Program-made: the position numbers and the translations under genes | Origin: Octopus bimaculoides | Lineage: Eukaryota | Length of the DNA: 64,000 bases | Assembly (NCBI RefSeq): GCF_001194135.2 | Contig: NC_068990.1 | Coordinates: forward strand, 73,811,972 to 73,875,971 | Reading direction: 5' to 3' | Shown here: one piece after another, positions 24,335 through 38,129 of the stretch | Numbering within the stretch: position 1 is the first letter of the stretch | Layout of the letters: every line of letters starts with the position of its first letter | The notes under the pieces: model-generated | What the model saw: the letters and a program-made list of their open reading frames with translations, nothing else | Databases searched by the model: none | What the model was told of the DNA's origin: nothing

Positions 24335-24676
24335 TATATGAATAATTACGAAAACAAACAAATACAAACAAGCACATATACAAACATTAACCAGCTATCA
24401 ATCAAAACATTAAATAAATCTAAGAATATCGATATTATTGTCCAGCTTCTTTTCCTTATTTGAAACCTTATAGGATTATGTCAAATACCTGATTCCTCTT
24501 TAAGTAGAATACTTTTGTTAGCCTGCCACATTGTCCTCTTACATAATATATATTCATTTACAATATTAACAGATCGAAAAAACATTTTCCCTGCCCATTC
24601 TCTGCTTCTAATTTATTTCAGATATGTTGTTTTTTCTTTAATGTTATATATGCATATATGTATATATAAATATATT

Positions 24677-24763
<87 letters not shown>

Positions 24764-25655
24764 ATGTATATATGTATATGTATATTCATACAAATATAGA
24801 AGGTAATAAAAACTAGTGAAAATGGAAATTACCAAAGTTTCTTTTCTCGTTTTTAACTGCTTGATATATCTTGCTATATCATTTGTAATATAAAACATAT
24901 ATGTATATAAAAAAAAGCAAGAAAAATGCATTACATATAAATACGAAATATAAAAATAATTCACTTTTTGTGTTTGGCACTTACTTAGAGGTATATTGAT
25001 GTAAATAAAATAAATGTACATATTCATACATACACACATACATACATATATATATATATATATGTATATATGTATTTACAGAACGAATTCATATTCTTTT
25101 AAGACATTGTCCTTTAACAAAAAATCATGATAAATGGCTTATGAAAGTAAAACAATTTTTTTTTTATCATATATATTTTTTTATTCCCTTTCAAAGACTT
25201 CTCTCTAAGGACCCAGCATAATCTATTTTCCTTAATGATGTCTCCTAGTAGTATATTTTTTTCAAACCTATCAGTGCATTAGTCCCAATTACAGCCAAAA
25301 GCTTCGGAAATTTTTGCAAACCATTATTAATATATTTTTTTATCATTACAAATTTTTTTTTTATTATTTGGTTACATATATATATTTATTGCACAAAACA
25401 TATGACATTGACTATAAAAATTCTATATAAGCTATTCTTATAATGAATGTACAAAAAGGTGCTCTGACCATCCCAAAAGTTTTTAGTAACCAATTAGACA
25501 GGTTTTGCACAAACTATTATATCAATTCCAGCTGAACATTAAGAATGTTATCTATCTGAAATATTCTTGTGTAAAAATCTCTTTAATAGCTTCATCTGTT
25601 ATCTTTTCTGTTTTTTTTTTATGCAATCGGATTGTAGAAAATGTATAAATATGTG

Positions 25656-25689
<34 letters not shown>

Positions 25690-25707
25690 AAAACATATAA
25701 ACGCAGA

Positions 25708-25738
<31 letters not shown>

Positions 25739-25787
25739 CTGTGTGATTGTGTATCTCTATATATACACACATATGTACATATGTATG

Positions 25788-25818
<31 letters not shown>

Positions 25819-25819
25819 G

Positions 25820-25875
<56 letters not shown>

Positions 25876-26260
25876 GATAGATAGATAGACTGACTTATAT
25901 ATGTACATGTTGGTGACTGTGTATACATGCATATATGTGTACCTGCATAAGTGTACATCTACAAATGTGTACATGTGTGTATGTGTGTGTGAGAAGATAT
26001 ATAGCCTCATGGTTAGGATAGTGGGTTAATGCCCAGAAGGACAAGGGTTAATTTCTTAGACTGTGTAGCACGGTGAGTGTAGGCAAAGCCTTATTTCCTG
26101 TTGTTTCAGCCCAGTAAGCAGAAAATTATTCATATATGTTGTAGTAGGGTACCTCTTGAGACAATTAGCTCAAACTTTTGTAAAAAAAATATCAAAAGCT
26201 CTTCTTCATTATGGAAGATTGGAAGAAGATGATGATGATGATGATGATGATGATTATATG

Positions 26261-26297
<37 letters not shown>

Positions 26298-26504
26298 GCA
26301 CCCATACTATTTGAATCAGCACAAACACAGCATTAGGGTTAAGAAGTTTGCTTTACAACCAATTGGGTTTGACCCTACTGCATGGCAAGTTGGATAAATG
26401 TTTCTTGCTGTACTCTGGTTTGACCAAAGTCATGAAAATAGAAGATTTTTGGCCCAAAGTGCACTGAAAGCCATCGTAAATATCTCTCTGTATTATATAT
26501 TTAT

Positions 26505-26720
26505 TTAAGGTGATTAGCTGTCAGTATTGTTGGCATGCTGGACAAAATGCTTAGTTGCATTTCTTTGGCTTTGTGTTCTTAGTTCAAATTCTACCAAGGT
26601 TGCCTTTATTTTTCGTCCTTTTTGGGTTGATAAAATAAGTACCGTTGGAACACTGGAGTCGATGTAATCGTCTTATCTACTTCCCTAAAATTGCTGGCCT
26701 TGTGCAAAAATTTTAAAGCA
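26505..26720 (+). mobile_element. SINE family B copy
   Basis: Contains 'gttcttagttcaaattctaccaaggttgccttt...gggttgataaaataagtacc'. Confidence 0.8.
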
Positions 26721-26759
26721 TTATATATATGTATGTATGTATATATATGTGTTGTGTGA

Positions 26760-27070
26760 AGGCACATGGTGCAGTGGTTAGATCGTCGAGCTTACGATCG
26801 TGCGGTGCAGTTGTGTTCTTCAGGAAGACACTTTATTTCACGTTGCTCCAGTTCACTCAGCTGTAGAAGTGAGTTGCGACGTCACAGGTGCCAAGCTGTA
26901 TCGGCCTTTGCCTTTCCCTTGGATAACATCTGTGGAATGGAGAGGGGAGGCTGGTATGCATGGGCGACTGTTGGTCTTTCATAAAAAACCTTACTCGGAC
27001 TTGTGCCTGGGAGGGTAACTTTCTAGGTGCAATCCCATGGTCAGTCATGACCGAAGGGAGTCACCTTTTT
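26760..27070 (+). mobile_element. SINE family C copy with tRNA-like head
   Basis: Head 'aggcacatggtgcagtggttag', body as at 21283-21862. Confidence 0.85.
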
Positions 27071-27080
27071 TTCATCCATG

Positions 27081-27117
<37 letters not shown>

Positions 27118-27858
27118 CATCATCGTCATCATCATCATTTAACGTTCGTTGTCCATGCTGGCATTGGTTGGACGGTTTAACCAGTGCTGGCATGCTGGAA
27201 GGTTAGATAGTTCAAATTTCTGGAAAACATAAGACGAAGACAGGTGAGGGAACAACAAAAAGGTNNNNNNNNNNNNNNNNNNNNNNNNNNNNNNNNNNNN
27301 NNNNNNNNNNNNNNNNNNNNNNNNNNNNNNNNNNNNNNNNNNNNNNNNNNNNNNNNNNNNNNNNNNNNNNNNNNNNNNNNNNNNNNNNNNNNNNNNNNNN
27401 NNNNNNNNNNNNNNNNNNNNNNNNNNNNNNNNNNNNNNNNNNNNNNNNNNNNNNNNNNNNNNNNNNNNNNNNNNNNNNNNNNNNNNNNNNNNNNNNNNNN
27501 NNNNNNNNNNNNNNNNNNNNNNNNNNNNNNNNNNNNNNNNNNNNNNNNNNNNNNNNNNNNNNNNNNNNNNNNNNNNNNNNNNNNNNNNNNNNNNNNNNNN
27601 NNNNNNNNNNNNNNNNNNNNNNNNNNNNNNNNNNNNNNNNNNNNNNNNNNNNNNNNNNNNNNNNNNNNNNNNNNNNNNNNNNNNNNNNNNNNNNNNNNNN
27701 NNNNNNNNNNNNNNNNNNNNNNNNNNNNNNNNNNNNNNNNNNNNNNNNNNNNNNNNNNNNNNNNNNNNNNNNNNNNNNNNNNNNNNNNNNNNNNNNNNNN
27801 NNNNNNNNNNNNNNNNNNNNNNNNNNNNNNNNNNNNNNNNNNNNNNNNNNNNNNNNNN

Positions 27859-27926
<68 letters not shown>

Positions 27927-28164
27927 TAAATCTAATGAGAAACAAGTTAGGCAAGTCGATTTACGCAGAATATTAAATAAATTTAATAGAAAAAATGTAC
28001 ACATGTACTGATATAAAATAGTCTGACTTACAGAATATAAACGATATCAGGAGTTAAATGGATAGAGTTTTACGACTCCTAGAGCTATTTCTGGGGGCTT
28101 GGTGGTCTGGAATGATGATGGTTACTTGGATCCATTATTGGATAACACCACCTCCGTCTTCAGG

Positions 28165-28226
28165 GGAGAATTTTACATTGGAGAATTTTACATTGGAGAA
28201 TTTTACATTGGAGAATTTTACATTGG
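28165..28226 (+). repeat. 15-bp tandem repeat (ggagaattttacatt)n, at least 4 perfect copies, running into an N gap
   Basis: Directly visible. Confidence 0.95.
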
Positions 28227-29170
28227 NNNNNNNNNNNNNNNNNNNNNNNNNNNNNNNNNNNNNNNNNNNNNNNNNNNNNNNNNNNNNNNNNNNNNNNNNN
28301 NNNNNNNNNNNNNNNNNNNNNNNNNNNNNNNNNNNNNNNNNNNNNNNNNNNNNNNNNNNNNNNNNNNNNNNNNNNNNNNNNNNNNNNNNNNNNNNNNNNN
28401 NNNNNNNNNNNNNNNNNNNNNNNNNNNNNNNNNNNNNNNNNNNNNNNNNNNNNNNNNNNNNNNNNNNNNNNNNNNNNNNNNNNNNNNNNNNNNNNNNNNN
28501 NNNNNNNNNNNNNNNNNNNNNNNNNNNNNNNNNNNNNNNNNNNNNNNNNNNNNNNNNNNNNNNNNNNNNNNNNNNNNNNNNNNNNNNNNNNNNNNNNNNN
28601 NNNNNNNNNNNNNNNNNNNNNNNNNNNNNNNNNNNNNNNNNNNNNNNNNNNNNNNNNNNNNNNNNNNNNNNNNNNNNNNNNNNNNNNNNNNNNNNNNNNN
28701 NNNNNNNNNNNNNNNNNNNNNNNNNNNNNNNNNNNNNNNNNNNNNNNNNNNNNNNNNNNNNNNNNNNNNNNNNNNNNNNNNNNNNNNNNNNNNNNNNNNN
28801 NNNNNNNNNNNNNNNNNNNNNNNNNNNNNNNNNNNNNNNNNNNNNNNNNNNNNNNNNNNNNNNNNNNNNNNNNNNNNNNNNNNNNNNNNNNNNNNNNNNN
28901 NNNNNNNNNNNNNNNNNNNNNNNNNNNNNNNNNNNNNNNNNNNNNNNNNNNNNNNNNNNNNNNNNNNNNNNNNNNNNNNNNNNNNNNNNNNNNNNNNNNN
29001 NNNNNNNNNNNNNNNNNNNNNNNNNNNNNNNNNNNNNNNNNNNNNNNNNNNNNNNNNNNNNNNNNNNNNNNNNNNNNNNNNNNNNNNNNNNNNNNNNNNN
29101 NNNNNNNNNNNNNNNNNNNNNNNNNNNNNNNNNNNNNNNNNNNNNNNNNNNNNNNNNNNNNNNNNNNNNN

Positions 29171-29225
<55 letters not shown>

Positions 29226-29680
29226 ATATATATATATATGTATATATATACATATATGTACACACACACACATACATGTATGTATGTATGTATGTATGTA
29301 TACATGGACATAAACTCTCTCTCGCACACACATTCATACATTTGTACACTCGCATATATACATGTAGTGTCACTAACACTCTCACACCAGCACAGAAGGG
29401 AAAGGGACATATTCCTTTTATGCACGATTAACCATTGTAGAAAATGTGAATGAAATACAGTGAAATCAAATAAAATAAGAATGCAAAGAAGGAAATATCT
29501 ACAATCACAAAGGCATGTGTGAAATTACAAAAGATGGTATATTGAGAGTTTATAGAAGATCACCTCGTGAATGTATTTCTAAGTGCACCAGAAAAATAAA
29601 ATAAAAAGTATAGTTATTAAGTAAAGTTATTTAGCGGTGTTGTGAAAATGTTTATGGTTTATAATGTTTATGATTTATGT

Positions 29681-30900
29681 CTAAAATACAGGCGCTACTT
29701 CGTGGGTGAATCTAAAAGGACACATTGCTGTAGCATAGTATGGGGCATGCTGTGTGCAGACTGCACAAAGTGACCACTTTATATATAAGTGTTTGTTGTA
29801 TTGAAAAGTATGCAACGTTTTACGGAAAGGTGTAGCCAATATTTCTACTACAAACAGAGGCCAAAACCTATGATATGCCACTGGGAGCTGTAGGTAATTA
29901 CTTGTACTTTAGATAACGTAAGCCTCACATGCTTGATGATGAATGAATATCAAAATTGTACAGAAATACTGAAAACAAAGTTGGCTGGTTGCACAGAAAA
30001 GACAACAAATACAGTAAATTTATTAGAATTTGAACGATTGTTATTTCTAGATTTCCCAACAATATTATATAGACCTGCTCATCTATATGGTGAGATAATT
30101 ATTATTTAAATATTATAACACAATTGTTAATGTATTACATCAAAAACTCACATTATCTCATGTGTTATATAAAAATAGAAGTTCGCATTTTATATAAAAC
30201 AGGACAATACATAAATACTTTTGCAGAAATATGTTGCACAAATGTTTGTATATCAATGTTCATTAAGTGATTCATTTATACAAAAAGTGTTCTCAAGTAT
30301 GTGAATTATAGTTTTTTTAAGAGTTGCTGTGTGATGCAAATAGCTATTACTGTGATGCAGGATGGGGGAGTATAATACTTAAAAAAAAAATGACAAGAAA
30401 ATTGGTAATGCATTGGAATTTCATATAATTTTGAAAGGCCTTCTATCAAAACACGATGGCATGTAAAAGCTGTCTATAGAAAAACGCTTGTAACAATTGT
30501 CTCTCTCTTTTTATAGCACTCTGCATTGAGAATAATCCTTTTCTTGAATAATCTTCTGTATTGTAGTGGGAGTAGTACAGAATATTCAATGCAATAAACA
30601 GATGGTTCAAATCCTTATCATGAAACAATTTTCAACCAAAAGAAAGCAGTTTCATAGTGACACAACTTTTTTGCTTTTTACAATGTAGCAAGTGGCTTTT
30701 GCCTTTTCCACTTTAGCAATTTCTTTGATATAATGCTACTGTAATTAATTCTAAGTCAACAAACAGGTGTGTTGCCGTCAATATTTACTTAAATAAACCA
30801 CAACAATGTGTCGGTCCGTGTTCATACTGTTTGCAATTTGATATGACTTGCTCCAGAAGTAATAACTTTTCTTCTGGTACACCTGTTGCATAAATATAAT
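29681..30900 (-). pseudogene. Intronless, decayed rhodopsin-like (class A) GPCR
   Basis: Minus-strand motifs fall in class A order and spacing: TM1/ICL1/TM2 MNTDRHIVVVYLSKY*RQHTCLLT*N*L (~30825-30745); TM3 KLCHYETAFFWL...CIEYSVLLPLQYRRLFKKR (Cys ~30660, E 25 residues later); TM5 FFFKYYTPPSCITVIAICITQQL (~30390-30320); TM6 ITIVQILINLLYLLSFLCNQP (Pro ~29983); TM7/H8 SNYL...WPLFVVEILATPFRKTL (Pro ~29860). Many stops and frameshifts. Confidence 0.6.
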
Positions 30901-31679
30901 CTCTGTGTACACGTATTTACCAAGGTACAAGCAAGGGATCTTCAGATTGTACTGAAATTCCCTAAAATAGTTTCTGCTCCAGATGATGTCTTGGAATATT
31001 ATGAAATATTAATGCTTTCTAAACATCATAGACACTTGACAAAACTACTGGAACAGCGCTTGTGGAAACTTCTCATTTCAGTCAGTTTGATTCCATCTGA
31101 TTGAATTAAAGGATATTTATACTCTATTTTGTTATTGTCTTTGTCAACGGCGTTGAGGACAAATACTCTGGCATTTTATAGACAAGAAACAAGTGTCAAA
31201 CATTTCCACTGTATCTACACATACATATTGTTACAAAACACAAATACATCAAGCATCAAATCTCAAACAAATCATCACATTCGTACAACTACTTTGCATG
31301 CACAACATAGTTTTGAGTCTACTTGTCGGTCAGACGGAATTTACTGAGGCAAATTTTCTATGGTTGGATGCCCATTATGTTACCAATTCTCAATAATTTG
31401 TAATCATAGTAATACATTCTATGGACAGGCATATTTTTTATGGAAAACTGGAAATGTAAGATATCATTTGGACGACAGTGCTGCTCGTTTACAAACATCA
31501 TGTCGATTTCAAGACATGGGGCCATAAAACGCACACACACACGCACGCACACACATACACACACACACGCACGCACACGCGCGCACGCAAATAAGCTAAA
31601 GAGTAAATAAACAACAATGCTATGGAAACGTACGTAGCATAATTTGGGCATCTCCATTCATATTCTATTATCATATATA

Positions 31680-32500
31680 TGAGTTGTCAGCTAAATTTGT
31701 TCATTTCTTTCCAATATTATTTGGATTAATGTGAAAAATATTTTTATCGTAATATTTTGTGATTTTTCTTCTGTATTTTTTTTTGTTTTGTTTTTGTACT
31801 TTTCTGTAGTGCATTTCTTCCTTCGCAACTATTGTTTATGGTTTTTGAAATTTGAATAAATATTATCATTTTCAGATGAATAATGATAGAATGCCAAGAA
31901 GAAAAAATGAGCATTTTCAACACCTGCTTCTCTTCACTTTAAATCAAGATTCCAAAGCTGTCCAAGCTGCTTTAAACATTTGTGCTGTGTATGGAGAAGC
32001 GCTATTACAAGAAGAGCCGGAAAGAAATAACTTTCATGATTCAAAGCGAGGAAATTCGACCTCACAGACTTCGTGCTTTGGCGAACCTGCTCAGTTTAAT
32101 GAGGAGTGATCGAATGAGCTCATCCACGACGAACCACGTCATTCCACTAAAGAAGTGGGCCAGCAAATGAGATGCTCTCGTGATACCGTCACCCATCACC
32201 TTCTCTCAAAAATTTACTGCATGGGTGCCACGCGCTCCGAACGAAAGCGACAAACTCCAGTTCCTCTATCACCATTCATTTGTTGACTTGATAGCAGACA
32301 ACTCATGGTAACAGGTAGAAAATTACTGACAATAAAAAATAGTGTCATTTCCTCAATATGAAACAGAGCAAAGAATGATAGAGTCCCAACAAGCAAGAGA
32401 CATCTTGAGCCAAGCCAAAGCTGCATCTGCACAAAACAACGAACTAAGTTTATTGGGATTGGTAAGACTAATCCTCTACAAAAGCTTGAAGAGCGCAGAG
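31680..32500 (+). mobile_element. Mariner transposon, decayed 5' two-thirds
   Basis: KNEHFQHLLLFTLNQDSKAVQAALNICAVYGE...GEPAQFNEE...ELIHDEPRHSTKEV (HTH region), then AWVPR (cf. WVPHEL). Confidence 0.85.
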
Positions 32501-33572
32501 AGCCAAATTCATTTCTACGTGCCTGATGAGTTAGGTTTGTTTTGTAAGACTTCGAAACTTTAGCTGCACAGAGAAAAATCAGTTATTGAATAATACATGT
32601 AACTCTTGTCAAATGTGTTGAGTGAGTGCCACTCTCTTTCGTTTGTACACTTACTCGTATGTGTGAATACACACACACATCCTCACATACACTCACACAC
32701 ACGCACACACACGTACATGCAAACATACATCATAAATACAGGCATACGTATATATGTACGTATTGTACATATGTACAGGCATACGTATATATGTACGTAT
32801 ATATGTACATATATATGTACATATTGTATATAATACAATATAAACATGTTTTCTTTTCTTGATTGTTGTTTGAATGTTTATTTCAGGTGGTCACTCATTC
32901 AGAGGAATGACAACCATCTTCTCCAATATCTATGTCTTGTACAGTTATTTGCTTTTTAAATGCTAGATCCTTATTTAACCAGATNNNNNNNNNNNNNNNN
33001 NNNNNNNNNNNNNNNNNNNNNNNNNNNNNNNNNNNNNNNNNNNNNNNNNNNNNNNNNNNNNNNNNNNNNNNNNNNNNNNNNNNNNNNNNNNNNNNNNNNN
33101 NNNNNNNNNNNNNNNNNNNCATACTAAAGGTGTCATCTTCCTTCTTTATTTTTTTCACCACATGTTCTGAGTATAGATGTATATATGTATGTATGTTGGT
33201 ATATATATTTTGTATGCATGTTAGCCTGAACGTATGTTTACCTATAGAGTAACCTATATGTTTACATATATGTAAATATGTACTTTTGCCTATACATATA
33301 TATATATGAACATTTACATACATATAGTTAGATATAGATATACATGTATGCATATATATTATATATATGTATATGTGTGTGTTTGTGTGTGTGTGTGTGC
33401 GTGTGTGTGTGTAGGGAGATAGATAACTATAACCATACACACACACACACACTCACTCACACAGATATATGTTTGCTTCTGTTTATATGTATATACATTT
33501 AACTAGGCATTGATATATGGATGTATGGAAATATACATACATGTACATACATATGTATATATGTATATACAT

Positions 33573-33623
<51 letters not shown>

Positions 33624-34352
33624 TGTATAATACATTCCTTCAGCATAGTCATGTTGTATGTATGCATATAATTTCATAAAAGATCTAGGTCTTTAGAATG
33701 GATATTTGTGTCTTGATATTAATAAGAAAAGATAATTTTTTGTTAAAAATGCATTCTAATATTTGTTAGATCAAAAAGATATCTAATTTTGTGAAGAATT
33801 AAATTAAATAAGTCAAACTAAAATTTGAAGAAAAAAAACTAAAAATTTAAAAAAGATATAAAAATAGAAATAAATAAATAAACTCTATTAAGAACAAGGC
33901 AGGAAATCAATATAACTTATGAATGCAAATTTTTATCAAGTGTGCACCTATAAATTTTCACGTAGCTTTGCATCTATCTATCTATGCATATTTTACATCA
34001 ACACATATATGAGGATACATACAAACATTTAATAAAGATACATATCATGTATATATTTATATTTCATGTAAATGCAAATAGAGATGCGCGTATTTTTTTT
34101 ATGTATCAGTGTCTATTTATATGAATGTATCTGTGTGCATTTGTGTATTAATGTGTTTACGAATTGTATGAATTGTCAGCATTTTAAATCAAATGATATT
34201 CAAGTCATATTTGACTTAAAATCAAAGTCCGACAACATAAACTATTTTTGTTATTGTTGAAAAATTTATATTTAATTTCCATCTTTAGCTTCTTGGTAAA
34301 TTTACACTCTATTTGATATACATACATACACACATACATATATATACATACA

Positions 34353-34404
<52 letters not shown>

Positions 34405-34878
34405 NNNNNNNNNNNNNNNNNNNNNNNNNNNNNNNNNNNNNNNNNNNNNNNNNNNNNNNNNNNNNNNNNNNNNNNNNNNNNNNNNNNNNNNNNNNNNNNN
34501 NNNNNNNNNNNNNNNNNNNNNNNNNNNNNNNNNNNNNNNNNNNNNNNNNNNNNNNNNNNNNNNNNNNNNNNNNNNNNNNNNNNNNNNNNNNNNNNNNNNN
34601 NNNNNNNNNNNNNNNNNNNNNNNNNNNNNNNNNNNNNNNNNNNNNNNNNNNNNNNNNNNNNNNNNNNNNNNNNNNNNNNNNNNNNNNNNNNNNNNNNNNN
34701 NNNNNNNNNNNNNNNNNNNNNNNNNNNNNNNNNNNNNNNNNNNNNNNNNNNNNNNNNNNNNNNNNNNNNNNNNNNNNNNNNNNNNNNNNNNNNNNNNNNN
34801 NNNNNNNNNNNNNNNNNNNNNNNNNNNNNNNNNNNNNNNNNNNNNNNNNNNNNNNNNNNNNNNNNNNNNNNNNNNNNN

Positions 34879-34920
<42 letters not shown>

Positions 34921-35519
34921 AACTAAAGCACAGAACATTTTTTTTATCATATCTATTGTTATACACCTTTGTTTAAAATCCCTACACAAATATAATTTGA
35001 TAAATGCATAAGGTTTGAAAATTTAACCACTATATCACAGTGGTAGGGTAAAAATGATATATATATTTTTCTTAAACTAATTTATTTCTTCTTTATTTTC
35101 TAAGTGTATTCTAATCTCAGGCTGGTTGTCCTTAATTGAGAAGACTTGTATTTAGAAACGTTCCATCCACGATTGTTTCGTCTTTTTCAGTAGATCAGAA
35201 ACAATTTCGTCTGAAGTAATCTTTAGTTTTCTAAAGACAGTAGAGAGAGATTTGACTGATATTTATAGAAGATCGAGTGACAAGCATAGATAAAGCTTCA
35301 GCCTTTGAGTTGTAAGTCAGATTTATTACTGTCCAGATGTGAAGTTAATGAATCTATGCGATTACCAGACTGCAAGCTCAGTAGCTCTTGAGTTCAAATC
35401 TGAAGCAGATATATTAATTTTACTGTTGTACATTTATGAATGTAAGCAAAATACAGTATTGCAGAAAATAAAAATGAAAGTATCTGCGTACATTTCAAAA
35501 TGAATACAATAAAAATTAA

Positions 35520-35662
35520 CATATTTCCTTCATGATTTTTAGTTCATAACTCCTTCTGCATGTATGTTTCAGACTTTTATTGTTGAAGCAAAATAAGACA
35601 GAAATGCATCTGAACTTGTCCCCCATATATTTTAAGAAAGGTAAAATGATATTAGTTCTTAA
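35520..35662 (+). repeat. Left arm of a ~140-bp inverted duplication (partner 39063-39196)
   Basis: The core 'tttcagacttttattgttgaagcaaaataagacagaaatgcatctgaacttgtc' is identical to the reverse complement of ~39097-39150. Confidence 0.9.
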
Positions 35663-36544
35663 TACACGATATATGAGACCCTTTGTAAGCTGCACCTCAA
35701 GATGAGTTGAGAGGTACCCTTTCGTGTTCACATGGTTCCTATTATCACAAAGTTAATGCTTCTAAGAAACTTGTTCTATGTTGAGCACTTTAAGAAATAT
35801 TCACAAGCCTGAAAAATGAATTTTAACTTGAGAGATATAAAGTTTCATTCTTTGGTATTTGTTCTGCCTAGTCAGTTTACATGAAAGCTATATGCAAAAA
35901 GGCTACGAAATTCTTAATTCTTTGGGTCACCTAATGAAGTGTAGTTGCATAGCAAATAAATTTATCTTTGAAAAAGAATTGCAAAACTTTTAGGAAGAAC
36001 TAACTATATTTTCATTAATGTGGTATGCTTAATCTTTTACTTATTTCATTCACTGGACTGTAGCCAATCTGGTACCCTACCTTGGAGGGTTTAGTTGAAA
36101 AAAATTACCCCAGTACTTATTTTTTTAAAGCTTAGTACTTATTTTACCGATCTCTTTGAAAACTGTATGTTATGGGGGCGTAAACAAACCATCACCTATT
36201 GGGGAGACAAACACAAAAAAAACAGTGTCTAACAAAGAAACTGTAAGTGATAGTGTACGCGTGTTTCAGAAAACCGATCACCTTAAAATTGCATGAGACT
36301 AAAGTATTTGTTATCCAAGATAATGTTGCTGGCTCCTTTGTCAGGACTATTGACAAAAATATAAAGAAAGATGCAGGCCCTTGAATACAGCGATAATTAA
36401 ATGAGAAGAGTTAAGCTATCGTATAAAAAGAGAATAAAGGGAAAAAGAAGTCAGAGGGTAAAAGATCACGAGGGAGGTGTATAATAAAATGGTGGAAAGC
36501 CAACAAGGTCACACCTCACTCAGTGCATATGATAATAATAATAA

Positions 36545-36760
36545 TTCTTTCTACTATAGGCACAAGGCCTGAAACTTGGGGGAGGGGGATAGTCGATTAT
36601 ATTGACTCCAGTATTCAACTGGTATCAAATTTATCAACCCCAATACAATGAAAGGCAAAGTCGACCTCGGCCGAATTTGAACTCAGAACGTAAGGATGGA
36701 CAAAATGCCACTAAGCATTTCGCCTGGTGTGCTAATGATTCTGCCAGCTTGCTGCCTTAA
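36545..36760 (-). mobile_element. SINE family B copy
   Basis: 'ggcaaagtcgacctcggccgaatttgaactcagaac...ctgccagcttgctgcc'. Confidence 0.85.
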
Positions 36761-37083
36761 CAGTAATAATAATAATGATGATGATAATGATGATGATTTC
36801 TTTATCAATAACAAAAGGTTTACATTAAGTAAACATTAAGGACTGCACAGCACAAAACATTGCGCATGTATATCTGTGTGTGTGCATGTTGGTGTTTGGG
36901 CCTTGCATGCAAACGCATTTAACAATAATAAAACAAAAAGAGATAATAAAATTCTCATTAATAGCGAGAATTCATCAATAGAGAGGACATTTGAGGGCTA
37001 CTCATGGAAAGAAAAAATCCTTTAAAACCAGGAGTACTCTGACATCTGGGGCAAGTACCTTTTCTCTGTTTTTCTTTTTTTTA

Positions 37084-38125
37084 TCAGGTCATCCTATAAG
37101 TTCTGTCCAAATTTTGGATAAAGAAAACAAGTGATCAAATGTTATATTTAATTGAAATTTAATCATCACTGTATTTTCCCTGATATCTATGACTTCCTTC
37201 CATCTATTTACAAGCTTTTTTATCCCATCAATGTAAAACTCTTTTGGTTTCAAAGCGAAGAATTCTGAAATGTCAGTTTTAACCTCCTCCTGGCTTGCGA
37301 AAGTTATGTCCTCCAAATGATTCTGTAAACTACGAAACAAATGGTAATTTGAAGGAGCAAGGTCGGGAGAATAAGGTGGATGAGGAATTTTTTCCCAACC
37401 AAACTCTTCGATCTTCTGTGATGTGATCTTTGCAGTGTGGGGTCGTGCATTGTCCTGTTGAAACATCNNNNNNNNNNNNNNNNNNNNNNNNNNNNNNNNN
37501 NNNNNNNNNNNNNNNNNNNNNNNNNNNNNNNNNNNNNNNNNNNNNNNNNNNNNNNNNNNNNNNNNNNNNNNNNNNNNNNNNNNNNNNNNNNNNNNNNNNN
37601 NNNNNNNNNNNNNNNNNNNNNNNNNNNNNNNNNNNNNNNNNNNNNNNNNNNNNCCATTTTTCATCACCAGTCACAAGTCTATCGAAAAATGGGTGAAATG
37701 AGTTCGCGAGAATGGAGAGAAGAGCAGATGTCAACTCAGGATTTGCGGTTGCATTCAAACAGTTCATGAGGCATGCATTTTCCAAGTTTAGGAAACTTTC
37801 CAAGTTGTTGAAGATGACAATAAACGGTTGTATGATTTGAACTAAGCTTTAGTGCCAATGTTTCAACTGATAATGCAGGATTTTCTTCAAGAAATGCCTC
37901 AAGGAGCTTATCATCAAACTCAACTGGACGTCCTGTTCGATCTTCATCTTCTAGGACGAAATCTCTACTTCTGAATTTTGAAAACCATCTTCTGCAAGTT
38001 CTTTCATTCAAGCATTCTTTCCCATAAACTGAATGTATGTTTCGAGCCTTCCTGACTGAATTGAGGATATCAAAGCAGGGTGCACATTATTTTGTTTGGC
38101 AGTCTTTTCTTCAGCTGTATAATAC
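37084..38125 (-). mobile_element. Mariner transposon (gapped; 3' TIR present, 5' end truncated)
   Basis: NERTCRRWFSKFRSRDF..EDEDRTGRPVEFD, LVTGDEKW, FQQDNARPH, PHPPYSPDLAPSNYHLF. The terminus is ta|tcaggtcatcctataagttctgtcc at 37082. Confidence 0.93.
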
Positions 38126-38129
38126 TTTG

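Noticed and set aside
26760-26840. SINE heads as tRNA genes
   Set aside because: They have A/B-box-like motifs only, no cloverleaf, and continue into repeat bodies.
28165-28226. CRISPR-like array (also considered for 57590-58585)
   Set aside because: The repeats are contiguous with no unique spacers, the context is eukaryotic, and there are no cas genes.
30780-30830. TDRHIVV as the GPCR DRY motif
   Set aside because: Spacing to the Cys and to TM5 fits the CIEY...PLQY segment (~30590) better; this segment fits TM1/ICL1.
32888-32984. Plus-strand acceptor and short open frame before a gap
   Set aside because: All frames stop quickly or enter Ns, and there is no homology.
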